In this document: positions 1-8,985 of the stretch, piece after piece
Layout of the letters: each line of letters starts with the position of its first letter
Position numbering within the stretch: position 1 is the stretch's first letter
DNA from: an uncultured Planctomycetales bacterium
GTDB taxonomy: Bacteria; Planctomycetota; Phycisphaerae; UBA1845; JAFGLZ01
Direction of reading: 5' to 3'
Length of the DNA: 48,436 bases
Assembly (NCBI GenBank): GCA_964550865.1
Contig: CAZKCX010000001.1
Span: 1 to 48,436, forward strand
Position numbers and translations under genes: made by a program
The notes under the pieces: model-generated
The model's input: only the letters and a program-made list of their open reading frames with translations
Told to the model about the DNA's origin: nothing
Database searches by the model: none

Positions 1-359
1 CCAACGAATTCGGAGAGGTGCGGATGCCGATGGAGGTACACCGGGAGCAGCTCTTCCCTTCGTTCGGGGGCGACCTCTTCGGCTCGGCCTGTCGCGGTGA
101 CGGCGATGGCGTTGTGGAAGTCCGTTTCCTGATGGGACCGACTATCGATCAGCATGGCCGCATGGGGCTCGGCCATGAGGTTCGCGTACTTCCGGGTGTT
201 GCGCGAAGTGGCGAACAGCAGGCCGCGGAGATCATTGGTGGCGGCGAAACCGACGAGGGAAGCGTAGGGACATCCCCCGCCGCAGGTCGAAAGAACCGCC
301 AATCCCTGCTCGGAAAACAGCTTGTGCAGTTGTTGGGCCCTGTCTTCGTCGGCTTGCAT
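1..359 (-). CDS. pyridoxamine 5'-phosphate oxidase-like FMN-binding split-barrel protein (3' end outside window)
   Basis: Absent from the ORF track because it runs off the left edge. Manual translation from ATG at 359..357 gives MQADEDRAQQLHKLFSEQGLAVLSTCGGGCPYASLVGFAATNDLRGLLFATSRNTRKYANLMAEPHAAMLIDSRSHQETDFHNAIAVTATGRAEEV... The pattern (P..S.V.F......L.F.T.R.T.K..NL..P.A..L.D) is typical of the PNPOx-like family. Confidence 0.55.
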   Translation of the reverse strand, partial: MQADEDRAQQLHKLFSEQGLAVLSTCGGGCPYASLVGFAATNDLRGLLFATSRNTRKYANLMAEPHAAMLIDSRSHQETDFHNAIAVTATGRAEEVAPERREELLPVYLHRHPHLSEFV

Positions 360-556
360 GTGCCGCTCCTTGCCGCGCTCGCGATGAGGCGATATCGAAA
401 ACGCTCGAATCTAGATGAAGGGGAGGGTATCCTCCTCAATAGAGATGCACCGTCGCGTACTACACTTGCACGTCGTCCGAACGTCAAGCAACGGAAACCT
501 CTCCTGAGCGACGGGGAATCGATCGAAACCCCTGCCCCGCGGCCGGAGCGGACGCC

Positions 557-1183
557 ATGCCAGCGATCGCCCGCTTCACAGTGCACGACACGCCGATCAT
601 CGAACCGCTGCTGCGGAGCGCTTCGCTCGCGTTCCTCGGCATGACGGGTTGGCGCCGCGTCGGTCGGCTTCCCGACCTGCCCAAGTATGTGCTGATCGGA
701 GTGCACCACACCAGCTTCTGGGACGCAATCTATGCCTTGGCCATCGCCTTTGCCTCCCAGTTGAGGCTGCACTGGATGGCCAAGCATACGGTCTTCCGCC
801 GACCGTTCGGGACGGTCTTACGATGGCTGGGCGGCGTTCCCATCGACCGCCGCAGTCGGCATGATGTGGTTTCTCAGTGCATTCGGCAATTCCAAACACA
901 CGAGCAGTTCGCGCTTGGGCTCTTGCCCGAGGGCACGCGCCGCAGGGTCGACGCGTGGAAATCCGGGTTCTACCACATCGCGAAAGGGGCAAACGTCCCC
1001 ATCCTGCTGGCGTTCCTGGACTACCCGAGCAAGACCGGTGGGTTCGGGCCCTTGATCGACCTCACCGACGACCCGCAGGCCGACATGGCGCGCATCGTCG
1101 ACTTCTACTCGACCAAACGAGGCCGGCATCCGGAGCGGACCGGTCCCATGCGGTTGGCGGCATCGCCGCGGGAACCCGCATAG
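557..1183 (+). CDS. 1-acyl-sn-glycerol-3-phosphate acyltransferase family protein (PlsC-like)
   Basis: 208-aa ORF. HX4D acyltransferase motif (VHHTSFWD) and a downstream PEGTR motif (LLPEGTRRR). Confidence 0.85.
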   Translation: MPAIARFTVHDTPIIEPLLRSASLAFLGMTGWRRVGRLPDLPKYVLIGVHHTSFWDAIYALAIAFASQLRLHWMAKHTVFRRPFGTVLRWLGGVPIDRRSRHDVVSQCIRQFQTHEQFALGLLPEGTRRRVDAWKSGFYHIAKGANVPILLAFLDYPSKTGGFGPLIDLTDDPQADMARIVDFYSTKRGRHPERTGPMRLAASPREPA

Positions 1184-1396
1184 ACAAACCGGTTGTCGAA
1201 AGCAGCGCTTCTATCGCTTCGATCACGGCCTCGGTAGCAGGGCATCCAGCGACCATGAGCACAGAGCTCTGAAAGGACGACATCTGTCGGTCATGTTCAA
1301 GGCCTGGGCAATGTCGACGAGCGGCCTGCGATTCTCCGAGATCGCCGTGTCGTGTCCTCATGCATCCGCGAACGGTTTGCGGACGGTCGGCGCGCC

Positions 1397-1708
1397 CTAT
1401 GCCCAATCGAAGGCGATGACCCCGTCCAGGCCGCCGTCGAGCTCCGGGAGGATCATCTTCTTGACGACCTCGTGGTCCGGGTGGGGGAGGTAGTCGTCGC
1501 GCGCGGCGGCGTCCTCGAACGTCATGAGGAACCCGTGCGTGAAGCCCTTGTTCAGCCCTTCGTCACTGGAGTACGCGCCGCCCGAGAAGTCGAGGATGCC
1601 CGGGATCTTGTCCTTGAGTCCGGCGAGGGCGATGAAGATCCCGTCGATCTTCTCCTGGGATGTCGAGGGCTTGAACTTCAGTAAGACGACGTGCTTGATC
1701 TGTGGCAT
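1397..1708 (-). CDS. Dabb (stress-responsive alpha/beta-barrel) domain protein
   Basis: Internal ATG at 1708 of track ORF 1397..1936. The 103-aa product MPQIKHVVLLKFKPSTSQEKIDGIFIALAGLKDKIPGILDFSGGAYSSDEGLNKGFTHGFLMTFEDAAARDDYLPHPDHE matches the Dabb signature (H.V..kfk...s.e.i......l..l...ip.i......G.......g..hgf...F.....l..Y..hp.H). Confidence 0.85.
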   Translation of the reverse strand: MPQIKHVVLLKFKPSTSQEKIDGIFIALAGLKDKIPGILDFSGGAYSSDEGLNKGFTHGFLMTFEDAAARDDYLPHPDHEVVKKMILPELDGGLDGVIAFDWA

Positions 1709-1776
1709 GTTTCGCTCCCTACGTTGGATGGGTGGTCTGGCTTTCGAGAGGCCTTTCTCGGCCGCCTCCGCGGACG

Positions 1777-2604
1777 TCAGAATCGGACGGCCTTGAACCG
1801 CCGCATTTGCTCCTGGATGGCCCGCTCGGTCGGCAGGCGTTCCGTGCTGGAGGCGCCGTAGAACCCGTCGATGCCCTGGGTGTTCTGGAGGACGAATGCA
1901 ACGTCCTCCGGTTCGGCGATCGGCCCGCCGTGACAAAGGCAGATGACATCCGGGTTGACGCCCTTGGCCGCCTCGCAGATCTCCTGCACCTTTGCCGGGG
2001 CCTGCTCGAGGGTGAGGGCCGTGCTCGCGCCAATGGAGCCCTTTGTCGTCAGTCCCATGTGGGCGACGATGAGATCGGCGCCGGCCTTGGCCATCGCCTC
2101 GGCCTCGTCGGGCCGGAAGGCGTAGGGCGTGGTGAACAGATCCATCTCGCGGGCCAGGCGGATCATGTCGACCTCGAGGGCGAATCCCATCCCGGTCTCC
2201 TCGATGTTGGCGCGAAACTGGCCGTCGAACAGGCCCACCGTCGGGAAGTTCTGCACGCCGGAAAATCCCGCCGCCTTGACCTCGCCGAGGAACACATCCA
2301 TCAGGCGGAACGGGTCGGTGCCGCAGACGCCGGCGAGGACGGGCGTGTCTTTGACGACGGGTAGGACCTCCCGCGCCATGTCCATGACGATCGCGTTCGC
2401 ATCGCCGTAGGGCATGAGTCCGGCCAGCGATCCGCGTCCCGCCATGCGGAAGCGGCCCGAGTTGTAGATGACGATCAGGTCTACCCCGCCGGCCTCCTCG
2501 AACTTGGCGGAAATGCCCGTGCCGGCCCCGGCGCCGAGGATGGGCTCCTTGTGGGCGATCTTCTTCTTGAGTCGCTGCAAGACCTGCTCACGTGTGAAGG
2601 CCAT
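1777..2604 (-). CDS. TIM-barrel PEP-hydrolase-like protein (partner of UPF0261; Tm-1 C-terminal-like)
   Basis: Start chosen at ATG 2604, preceded by [54 protein letters not shown] is the hallmark of the PF09370-type TIM barrel that is normally adjacent to UPF0261 genes. Confidence 0.8.
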   Translation of the reverse strand: MAFTREQVLQRLKKKIAHKEPILGAGAGTGISAKFEEAGGVDLIVIYNSGRFRMAGRGSLAGLMPYGDANAIVMDMAREVLPVVKDTPVLAGVCGTDPFRLMDVFLGEVKAAGFSGVQNFPTVGLFDGQFRANIEETGMGFALEVDMIRLAREMDLFTTPYAFRPDEAEAMAKAGADLIVAHMGLTTKGSIGASTALTLEQAPAKVQEICEAAKGVNPDVICLCHGGPIAEPEDVAFVLQNTQGIDGFYGASSTERLPTERAIQEQMRRFKAVRF

Positions 2605-2691
2605 GGCGTTCTCCTGGGCTGAGTGAATAGCTTCCACGATTCCTCTTGCTCGGGCCACGCTCGAAGTTGCGCGGACAGCGTTCGGCGCAAC

Positions 2692-3921
2692 CTAACCGGC
2701 CTCAGCAACCTCTATGAGCTTGGCGAGCATCTCGACGGCCTGGTCCGCGAAGTCCGGGTCGTTGATGTTCGCATCGACCTCGACCACTTCGATGTCGGAC
2801 CGTACGCCTTTGCGGATCGCATCGAAGAGGGCTTCGTTTGCCTCCGGCCACCAGAACAGCTCCCCTTCCTTGTCGAGCATGGACACGCCCCCGCGGGGCA
2901 GCAGGAAGGCGACAGGGCCCGTCGCCGCGTTGGCCTTCTCGGCGAAGATCTCGCCCATGCGTGCGTTCTCCTCGACGTTGGTGCGCATCAGCGTGACCGT
3001 CTGGCTCCAGACGAAGAACGTGCGGTCGTCGTATCGCGCCGGGACGGTCTCGCGCGGACCGAAGTTCGCCATATCCACGCAGCCCGGCACGATGAGGTGG
3101 GGGATGCCCCTCTTGCCGGGGGCGTCCAGCCGGTGGGGACCCGCGGTGAAGACGCCGCCGCAGATTTCGTCGGCCCATTCGGTCGTTGTGATGTCGAGGA
3201 CAGCCTCCACATAACCTTCCTCGACGAGCCCTTCCATCGTTCGCCCGCCGCTGCCGGTGGCATGGAAGACAAGCACCTCGTATCCCCGCTCGATGAGCAG
3301 ACCTCGGCAGCGATCCACGCAGGGCGTCGTGTTGCCGAACATGCTGGTCGCGACGATGGGGCGATCCTCGGCGGCGGGGGTGTAGTCCATCTCCAGCATC
3401 CCGCACACGGCGCCGACGGCCTGCCGGTAGATCTTCTCGCTGATTCGATTCACGCCGGCCACGTCCACGACCGACGGGATCATCGTGATGTCCTTGACGC
3501 CCACGAAGTCCGAAACGTCACTGCTCGCGAGCGTGGAGACCATTACCTTCGGCACCCCGATGGGCAGTTCGCGCATGGCGGCGCAGCCGACGCCCGTGCC
3601 CCCGCTCCCGCCCATGGCGAAGACGGCGTCGAGCTTGCCCTCCGCATGCTCGTTTCGGGTGACCGTCGCGGCCCCCTTGCTCATCACATCTAGCGAGGCC
3701 CCGCGGTCGTTGGCCTGGCGGAGTTGCGCGAGATCGCTCCCGCCCGCTTGCGCGACGGCTTCCGCTGGGATGTCGACGGGGAAGAGATCTGTCTCGCCCT
3801 TCACGCCGATGTTCATCGTGCGAACCTGGTGCCCGCGCTCGAGGAGGAGTCGGCGAACGAACGCGTACTCCTCCGCCTTCACGTCGAACGCGCCGATGAG
3901 GAGGATGGTCTTGCCGTTCAT
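2692..3921 (-). CDS. UPF0261 family protein (Tm-1 N-terminal-like nucleotide-binding protein)
   Basis: Internal ATG at 3921 of track ORF 2692..4332, in an ATGA overlap with the upstream gene stop. The N-terminus MNGKTILLIGAFDVKAEEYAFVRRLLLERGHQVRTMNIGV is typical of UPF0261. Product is 409 aa. Confidence 0.8.
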   Translation of the reverse strand: MNGKTILLIGAFDVKAEEYAFVRRLLLERGHQVRTMNIGVKGETDLFPVDIPAEAVAQAGGSDLAQLRQANDRGASLDVMSKGAATVTRNEHAEGKLDAVFAMGGSGGTGVGCAAMRELPIGVPKVMVSTLASSDVSDFVGVKDITMIPSVVDVAGVNRISEKIYRQAVGAVCGMLEMDYTPAAEDRPIVATSMFGNTTPCVDRCRGLLIERGYEVLVFHATGSGGRTMEGLVEEGYVEAVLDITTTEWADEICGGVFTAGPHRLDAPGKRGIPHLIVPGCVDMANFGPRETVPARYDDRTFFVWSQTVTLMRTNVEENARMGEIFAEKANAATGPVAFLLPRGGVSMLDKEGELFWWPEANEALFDAIRKGVRSDIEVVEVDANINDPDFADQAVEMLAKLIEVAEAG

Positions 3922-5708
3922 TTCTCGATCGTCCACTCGTCGTGGACGTTGCCCTCGGTGTCGTAGGTCCGGCATACGAGACGGTTGCCGTCGATGTCGA
4001 ACTTGACGTACCAGGGCCCGCCCACCAGGAACCTCACGGCGTAGTCGGGCAGCTTTTTCGGCTTCTCGTCTGTGGGCACGCCCGAGGAGATCAGGTAGAT
4101 CGTCCCCTCGGCGGGCGACGAGGCCACGCGACCACTGCGCATGGGGCGCGTGCGAAGATAGCAGTGAATGTGGCCGTGCAGCATCATGTCGAGGTGGTGC
4201 TCGGCGAAGACCTTCTCCCAGCGCCGGCGGATCGGGCCATACTCGTCGTGCTCGGGCCAGACGTACATGGGGAAGTGGTAGATCCCGAACCGCCATGTGG
4301 CGTCGGTCTTGGCGAGCTGCTCGGCCATCCATTCGGCCTGCGCTTCGTAAGGGGAGGCCACGTCGAGGACCAGAAACAGGGCGTCGCCGTAGCGGAAGCT
4401 ATACGTCTTCTCAGGCTTGATGCCCTTGGGGCCGTTGTGGGGGAACTCGAAGAGGGCGAGCGGCATCCAGGCGCCGAGGCCGTCTTGGTCGTCGTGATTG
4501 CCGAGCGAGAACGCCAGCGGCTTCCGCGCGAACACGTCGGCCGAGGAGTGGAGCAGCTCGTCCCATTCGTTTCGAAAGAGCCCGGTGCTGACGAGATCGC
4601 CGCCGATGATGTGGAAGGCTACATCAGAATGTCGGCGGTCGGCCGCCTGGAGCATGCGTCCCCAAATGGGCGAGCGGTGCGTGTCGCCGTGATAGACGAA
4701 CGAGAACGGGGACTTCGCGGCGGGCGCAGTCTTGAAGGTGGCCTCCTCGCTGCGGTTCTCGGTGCCGGGAGGGCCAACGGTATAGACGTACTCCGTGGAC
4801 GGCTTCAGGTCTCGCAACACGGCCGTGAACCCGTGCGTGTACCGATCGTTCATCAGCAGGCGGTCCTCGATGACCACTCGTTTCGCTCGGGCCTCGGCCG
4901 GGGTCCGCCGTTTGGCGTGAAGCGGGCGATAGCGGACGACGCCATCTTGGACGGCGGTGCTTGATCGCCATTGCACGGTCTGCGTCGTGCGGGGGTCGTC
5001 GCTCCACGTCAGGACGATTTGATCGGGCTGCTTCGACGACGGGAACGGCGTCTTGCGGAATCCGCCGACCAGATGGGCCTCTCGGGCTCGGCCGCGAAAA
5101 GTCGTCAGCAGCAGCTGGCCCGCTAGCGATTGGGGCAACTCTTCGATGACCAAGCTGTCCCAGTCGCGGTAGGTCCACGCGCCCTTCTTCATCGTCGTGA
5201 CGGCCTCGCCGGCGGGGAACAGGTTTGAGATCTTCACCTCATCGCCGGGTTTCTGCGGTCCGACACAGACGAAGTAGACCGTGCGGTGCATGCCGAAACC
5301 GTTGATGCCCAACTCGACGCGGCCGGTGTCGAACGCCTTCTGCCAGACCTCGTACGTCCATATCTCGTTCTTGACGCGGAGATCCGTCTTGCGGAACCCG
5401 GCCTCAGGCAGCCAGAACGGCACCGGCTTCTGGCCGGTGTTTCGCATGACCGAGACGACCACGGGCACGTTGACGTCGAAGGTCCAGTACTGCGTGGCCA
5501 GGACCCTTCGCTCTTCGTCCGTGAGGAGTTTGAGGGCGGTTTCGTGATCGATCGAGCCGAGCGCCGTCTCGTCCATGTTCGCATAGAGTCGCGCGACGAC
5601 GCGGTCCATTGTCTCCTTGAGTGACAGGTCGGCGGCGTGAGCACAGCAGGCAAGCGCAGCCGCGAGCAGGAAGGTGAGCTGCAGCTTCGTTGGTGTGCCG
5701 CTTCTCAC
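3918..5708 (-). CDS. secreted calcineurin-like metallophosphoesterase (purple acid phosphatase-like)
   Basis: 596 aa. Signal peptide MRSGTPTKLQLTFLLAAALACCAHAADL. FN3-like PAP N-domain (IVLTWSDDPRTTQTVQWR). Metallophosphoesterase motifs: VYHGDTH, GGDLV, LGNHD, HGHIH. Confidence 0.8.
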   Translation of the reverse strand: MRSGTPTKLQLTFLLAAALACCAHAADLSLKETMDRVVARLYANMDETALGSIDHETALKLLTDEERRVLATQYWTFDVNVPVVVSVMRNTGQKPVPFWLPEAGFRKTDLRVKNEIWTYEVWQKAFDTGRVELGINGFGMHRTVYFVCVGPQKPGDEVKISNLFPAGEAVTTMKKGAWTYRDWDSLVIEELPQSLAGQLLLTTFRGRAREAHLVGGFRKTPFPSSKQPDQIVLTWSDDPRTTQTVQWRSSTAVQDGVVRYRPLHAKRRTPAEARAKRVVIEDRLLMNDRYTHGFTAVLRDLKPSTEYVYTVGPPGTENRSEEATFKTAPAAKSPFSFVYHGDTHRSPIWGRMLQAADRRHSDVAFHIIGGDLVSTGLFRNEWDELLHSSADVFARKPLAFSLGNHDDQDGLGAWMPLALFEFPHNGPKGIKPEKTYSFRYGDALFLVLDVASPYEAQAEWMAEQLAKTDATWRFGIYHFPMYVWPEHDEYGPIRRRWEKVFAEHHLDMMLHGHIHCYLRTRPMRSGRVASSPAEGTIYLISSGVPTDEKPKKLPDYAVRFLVGGPWYVKFDIDGNRLVCRTYDTEGNVHDEWTIEK

Positions 5709-6091
5709 GGCGGATCTCCTCTGGCGGCTCGGGCTAGTACTGCATTTCAGAAGTATTGCGACGATATGCCCGAGCCGCTTGTGGTGCGCTGCGTCGAACC
5801 GCCGGATTCATCCGGCGCGGCCGCGCGGCATGAATGCCGCGGCTCGAGCAGCAACCGTGGCATACATGAACACTGCCATGGTCGCACCACTTGTGAAACA
5901 CGGTACTAGGCATCCGGCTGCAACATCGGGTGTCGCAACCGTCCAATCCGAATGAGTCTACGCGCTTCATGTCGTGCACGCCAGGGGACATGTCTGGCGT
6001 CCGCGCGACCGAGGGGATACGATGACGCCGCCTCGCTTGCGGCCTCGTGGCGACGGACGAGCTCGATTCATTCTGCGGGAGTGTAATCAAG

Positions 6092-7894
6092 ATGATGACC
6101 TACAAGCTGACGGTACTGATGATGGCAATGGTCCTGGGGAGCCTCGGATGCTCCGCCCGCGCGGATTGGTCGCCCGTTCGCGGCGGTCTGATGACGCGCT
6201 GGGCCGAGGAGGTCTCGCCCACCAACGTGCTTCCCGAGTATCCGCGCCCGCAGATGGTGCGCTCCGATTGGCAGAGTCTGAACGGCCTGTGGGAGTACGC
6301 GGTTTTCCCCAAGGACGATCCGCGTCCGGAGAGCATGAGCGGGAAGATCCTCGTGCCGTTCCCGATCGAGTCGGCACTCTCGGGCGTGAAGAAGCCCGTC
6401 AATGGGAAGCAGCGGCTCTGGTACCGGCGAACCTTCGAGGTGCCCGCCGCGTGGAAGAAGGGGCGGCTGCTTTTGCACTTCGAGGGCGTGGACTGGGAGA
6501 CGACGGTCTGGGTCAACGGCAAGGAGGTCGGCTCGCACAAGGGCGGGTACGATCCGTTCACGTTCGACATCACCGAGGCGCTGACGAAAGAGGCGAAGCA
6601 AGAGCTCGTCGTGGGCGTCTGGGATCCGACCGATCGGAGCTTCCAGCCGCGGGGCAAGCAGGTCTCCAAGCCGAAGGGGATCTGGTACACGGCCGTCACC
6701 GGCATCTGGCGGCCTGTCTGGCTGGAGCCCGTGCCGTCCGCGTCCATCGATCGGCTCAAGATGGTTCCCGACATCGATGCGGGCGTGCTGCGGCTGACCG
6801 TGGCGGGCCGGGGAACCTCGTCTGTGACGGGGGTCAAGGCCGTCGCGAAGGGTGCGGGCAAGGTGGTGGCCTCGGCCGAGGGGAAGGTCGGCGCGACGAT
6901 CGACCTGAGGATTCCCAACGCCAAGCTCTGGTCGCCGGATTCGCCGTTTCTCTACGACCTTACCGTTGAGATTCAGGATGATGGCAAGGCGATCGATCAG
7001 GTGACGAGCTACTTCGGCATGCGGAAGATTGCCGTGGGCAAGGATGAGCAGGGTTTCAACCGGCTCCTGCTGAACAACAAGCCGCTGTTTCAGTTGGGTC
7101 CGTTGGATCAGGGCTGGTGGCCCGACGGCCTGTACACGGCGCCGACGGATGAGGCGCTGCGCTATGACATCGAGGTCACGCGGAAGCTCGGCTACAACAT
7201 GGCCCGCAAGCACGTCAAGGTCGAGCCGCGACGGTGGTACTACCACTGCGACAAGCTGGGACTGATGGTCTGGCAGGACATGCCCAGCGGCGACAAGTAC
7301 ATTCGTCGCGATCAGCCGGACATCCAGCGGACGGAGGAATCGGCCACCAACTTCCGTCGCGAGTTCCACGGCGTCATCGAGACCTACTACAACCATCCCT
7401 GCATCGTGGCCTGGGTGCCCTTCAATGAGGGGTGGGGCCAGTTTGAGACGGAGGCGATCCTCGCGTGGACGAAGAAGCTCGACCCGACGCGGCTCGTGGA
7501 CGGGCCGAGCGGCTGGGCCGACCGCGGCACCGGCGACATGCACGACATGCACAAGTATCCCGGTCCGGCCATGCCCAAGCCCGAGCCCAACCGCGCGGTG
7601 GTGCTGGGCGAGTTTGGCGGTCTGGGCCTGCCGATCGAGGGGCATCTCTGGTGGAACAAACGGAACTGGGGCTATCGCAAGTACAAGACGCGCGAGGAGC
7701 TGCAGGCCGCCTATGCGAAGCTCATTGCGAACCTTCGCCCGCTGATCAAGAAGGGGCTGGCGGCGGCCGTGTATACCCAGACCACTGACGTCGAGGGCGA
7801 GGTCAACGGCCTGATGACGTACGACCGGGACGTCGTCAAGTTTGACGCCGACAAGCTCGCTCGGCTGCACCAGACGCTCTACAACCGGCCCTGA
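6092..7894 (+). CDS. glycoside hydrolase family 2 protein (beta-galactosidase/mannosidase-like), secreted
   Basis: Track ORF 6047..7894. The likely start is ATG 6092 (MMTYKLTVLMMAMVLGSLGCSARA signal). GH2 sugar-binding region: LNGLWEYAVFP...LHFEGVDWETTVWVNGKEVGSHKGGYDPFTFDIT. Catalytic region: HPCIVAWVPFNEGWGQ. Confidence 0.8.
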   Translation: MMTYKLTVLMMAMVLGSLGCSARADWSPVRGGLMTRWAEEVSPTNVLPEYPRPQMVRSDWQSLNGLWEYAVFPKDDPRPESMSGKILVPFPIESALSGVKKPVNGKQRLWYRRTFEVPAAWKKGRLLLHFEGVDWETTVWVNGKEVGSHKGGYDPFTFDITEALTKEAKQELVVGVWDPTDRSFQPRGKQVSKPKGIWYTAVTGIWRPVWLEPVPSASIDRLKMVPDIDAGVLRLTVAGRGTSSVTGVKAVAKGAGKVVASAEGKVGATIDLRIPNAKLWSPDSPFLYDLTVEIQDDGKAIDQVTSYFGMRKIAVGKDEQGFNRLLLNNKPLFQLGPLDQGWWPDGLYTAPTDEALRYDIEVTRKLGYNMARKHVKVEPRRWYYHCDKLGLMVWQDMPSGDKYIRRDQPDIQRTEESATNFRREFHGVIETYYNHPCIVAWVPFNEGWGQFETEAILAWTKKLDPTRLVDGPSGWADRGTGDMHDMHKYPGPAMPKPEPNRAVVLGEFGGLGLPIEGHLWWNKRNWGYRKYKTREELQAAYAKLIANLRPLIKKGLAAAVYTQTTDVEGEVNGLMTYDRDVVKFDADKLARLHQTLYNRP

Positions 7895-8553
7895 TCAAGA
7901 TTCGCACGGCATACAAGTAAGGGAACGGCACGCTGCTCGGGTTGCGTCATTCATGTCGCCCAGTGGTGCGGCAGGCGGAACGGGTAGGTACTCTGGTACT
8001 TTCGAAGCTCAGCACGACGGGCGATCGCCGATGACCGCGAGCGAAGCACGCACGCAGGATCGGGCATAGCACATGTCAATGACACGATCACCTTGACGCA
8101 CCTGATTCCCGGACCCTACACACCGCAACCACCTCAACCCGGCATCCTTGCCCGTTGGCCGGAAATGGGACAGAACACGAGTGTCCGTCCGCGGGCGTGT
8201 AGGTGGACATGGCCGGAGAGCGACGCGACATGATACCCTTGGTAGAACAGCGCGGGCGGGTCCGAGGCGTGCTGCGGCGACAGAAGGGCACCACCCGCCT
8301 AAACTACGAGATCCAGCTCGCGGGAAGCACGTCAGTGTGGACGCTTGATTGGGACATGAGCTTGGAGCGCTTCTGGTCGCGGGTCTGCCGCCCGGAACTC
8401 GATCCAAATGCTATGGGATCCTCTACTGTCCAGGACATGGCCATGGAGGCTTGTTATGAAAGAAACGCGGCATACCCCTGAGCACATCATCCACCCGCAG
8501 CTTGGCAAGGTGTTCACCTGTAATCGGTGGTGAGGTCGGCAAGAGCAGCAGTT

Positions 8554-8985
8554 CTAAGTCGCTCGGAAGTGATCGTTCTCGGCGATCACACGTCGGAGTC
8601 GTTCCTTCACGCCCTCCAGCCTGCGCAGGTGGCATTGCCACACGGTCAGGACGTGCCAGCCCTGTCTTCGGAGTTGCCGAGTCGTGCGGGCATCACGCTT
8701 CTTGTTCCTCGCTATCTTGCTGACCCAGAAGTCCGTGTTGGTCTGCGGAAGCTTGGCTCGGTTGCAGTTGGCGTGACCATGCCAAAAGCACCCATTCACG
8801 AAGATGGCTGTCCTTGCAGACTTCACGACGAAATCGGGCTGCCCCGGTAAGGACTTGACGTTGCGCCGGTATCGGATGCCGAGTTTACGCAGTAGCGAAG
8901 CAACTTGTTCTTCGGGCGTAGTGCGGCGATTCCTCACACGAGACATGATCTCGCTGCGTTTGGCTTTGGTATAGACGTCCGTCAT
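8554..8985 (-). CDS. vsr: very short patch repair endonuclease
   Basis: 143 aa. Begins MTDVYTKAKRSEIMSRVRNRRTTPEEQVASLLRKLGIRYRRN and contains PDFVVKSARTAIFVNGCFWHGH, the classic Vsr core. It overlaps the upstream HNH gene by 4 nt. Confidence 0.9.
   Translation of the reverse strand: MTDVYTKAKRSEIMSRVRNRRTTPEEQVASLLRKLGIRYRRNVKSLPGQPDFVVKSARTAIFVNGCFWHGHANCNRAKLPQTNTDFWVSKIARNKKRDARTTRQLRRQGWHVLTVWQCHLRRLEGVKERLRRVIAENDHFRAT

Noticed and set aside
1062-1406. 114-aa minus-strand ORF and an HTH-like string (TAISENRRPLVDIAQALNMTDR, in another frame) between plsC and the Dabb gene.
   Set aside because: It overlaps the plsC 3' end, has no start or RBS context and is split over two frames. At most it is a degraded remnant, and it cannot be supported as a gene.
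6068-7870. 600-aa minus-strand ORF opposite the GH2 gene.
   Set aside because: It is an antisense shadow. The plus-strand product has a signal peptide and GH2 motifs.
8203-8481. 92-aa plus-strand ORF in the 7.9-8.5 kb gap, plus minus-strand ORFs 8009..8407 and 8088..8294.
   Set aside because: No recognisable domain, these overlapping ORFs compete for the same DNA, and no clear translation signals. The region is treated as non-coding or eroded.
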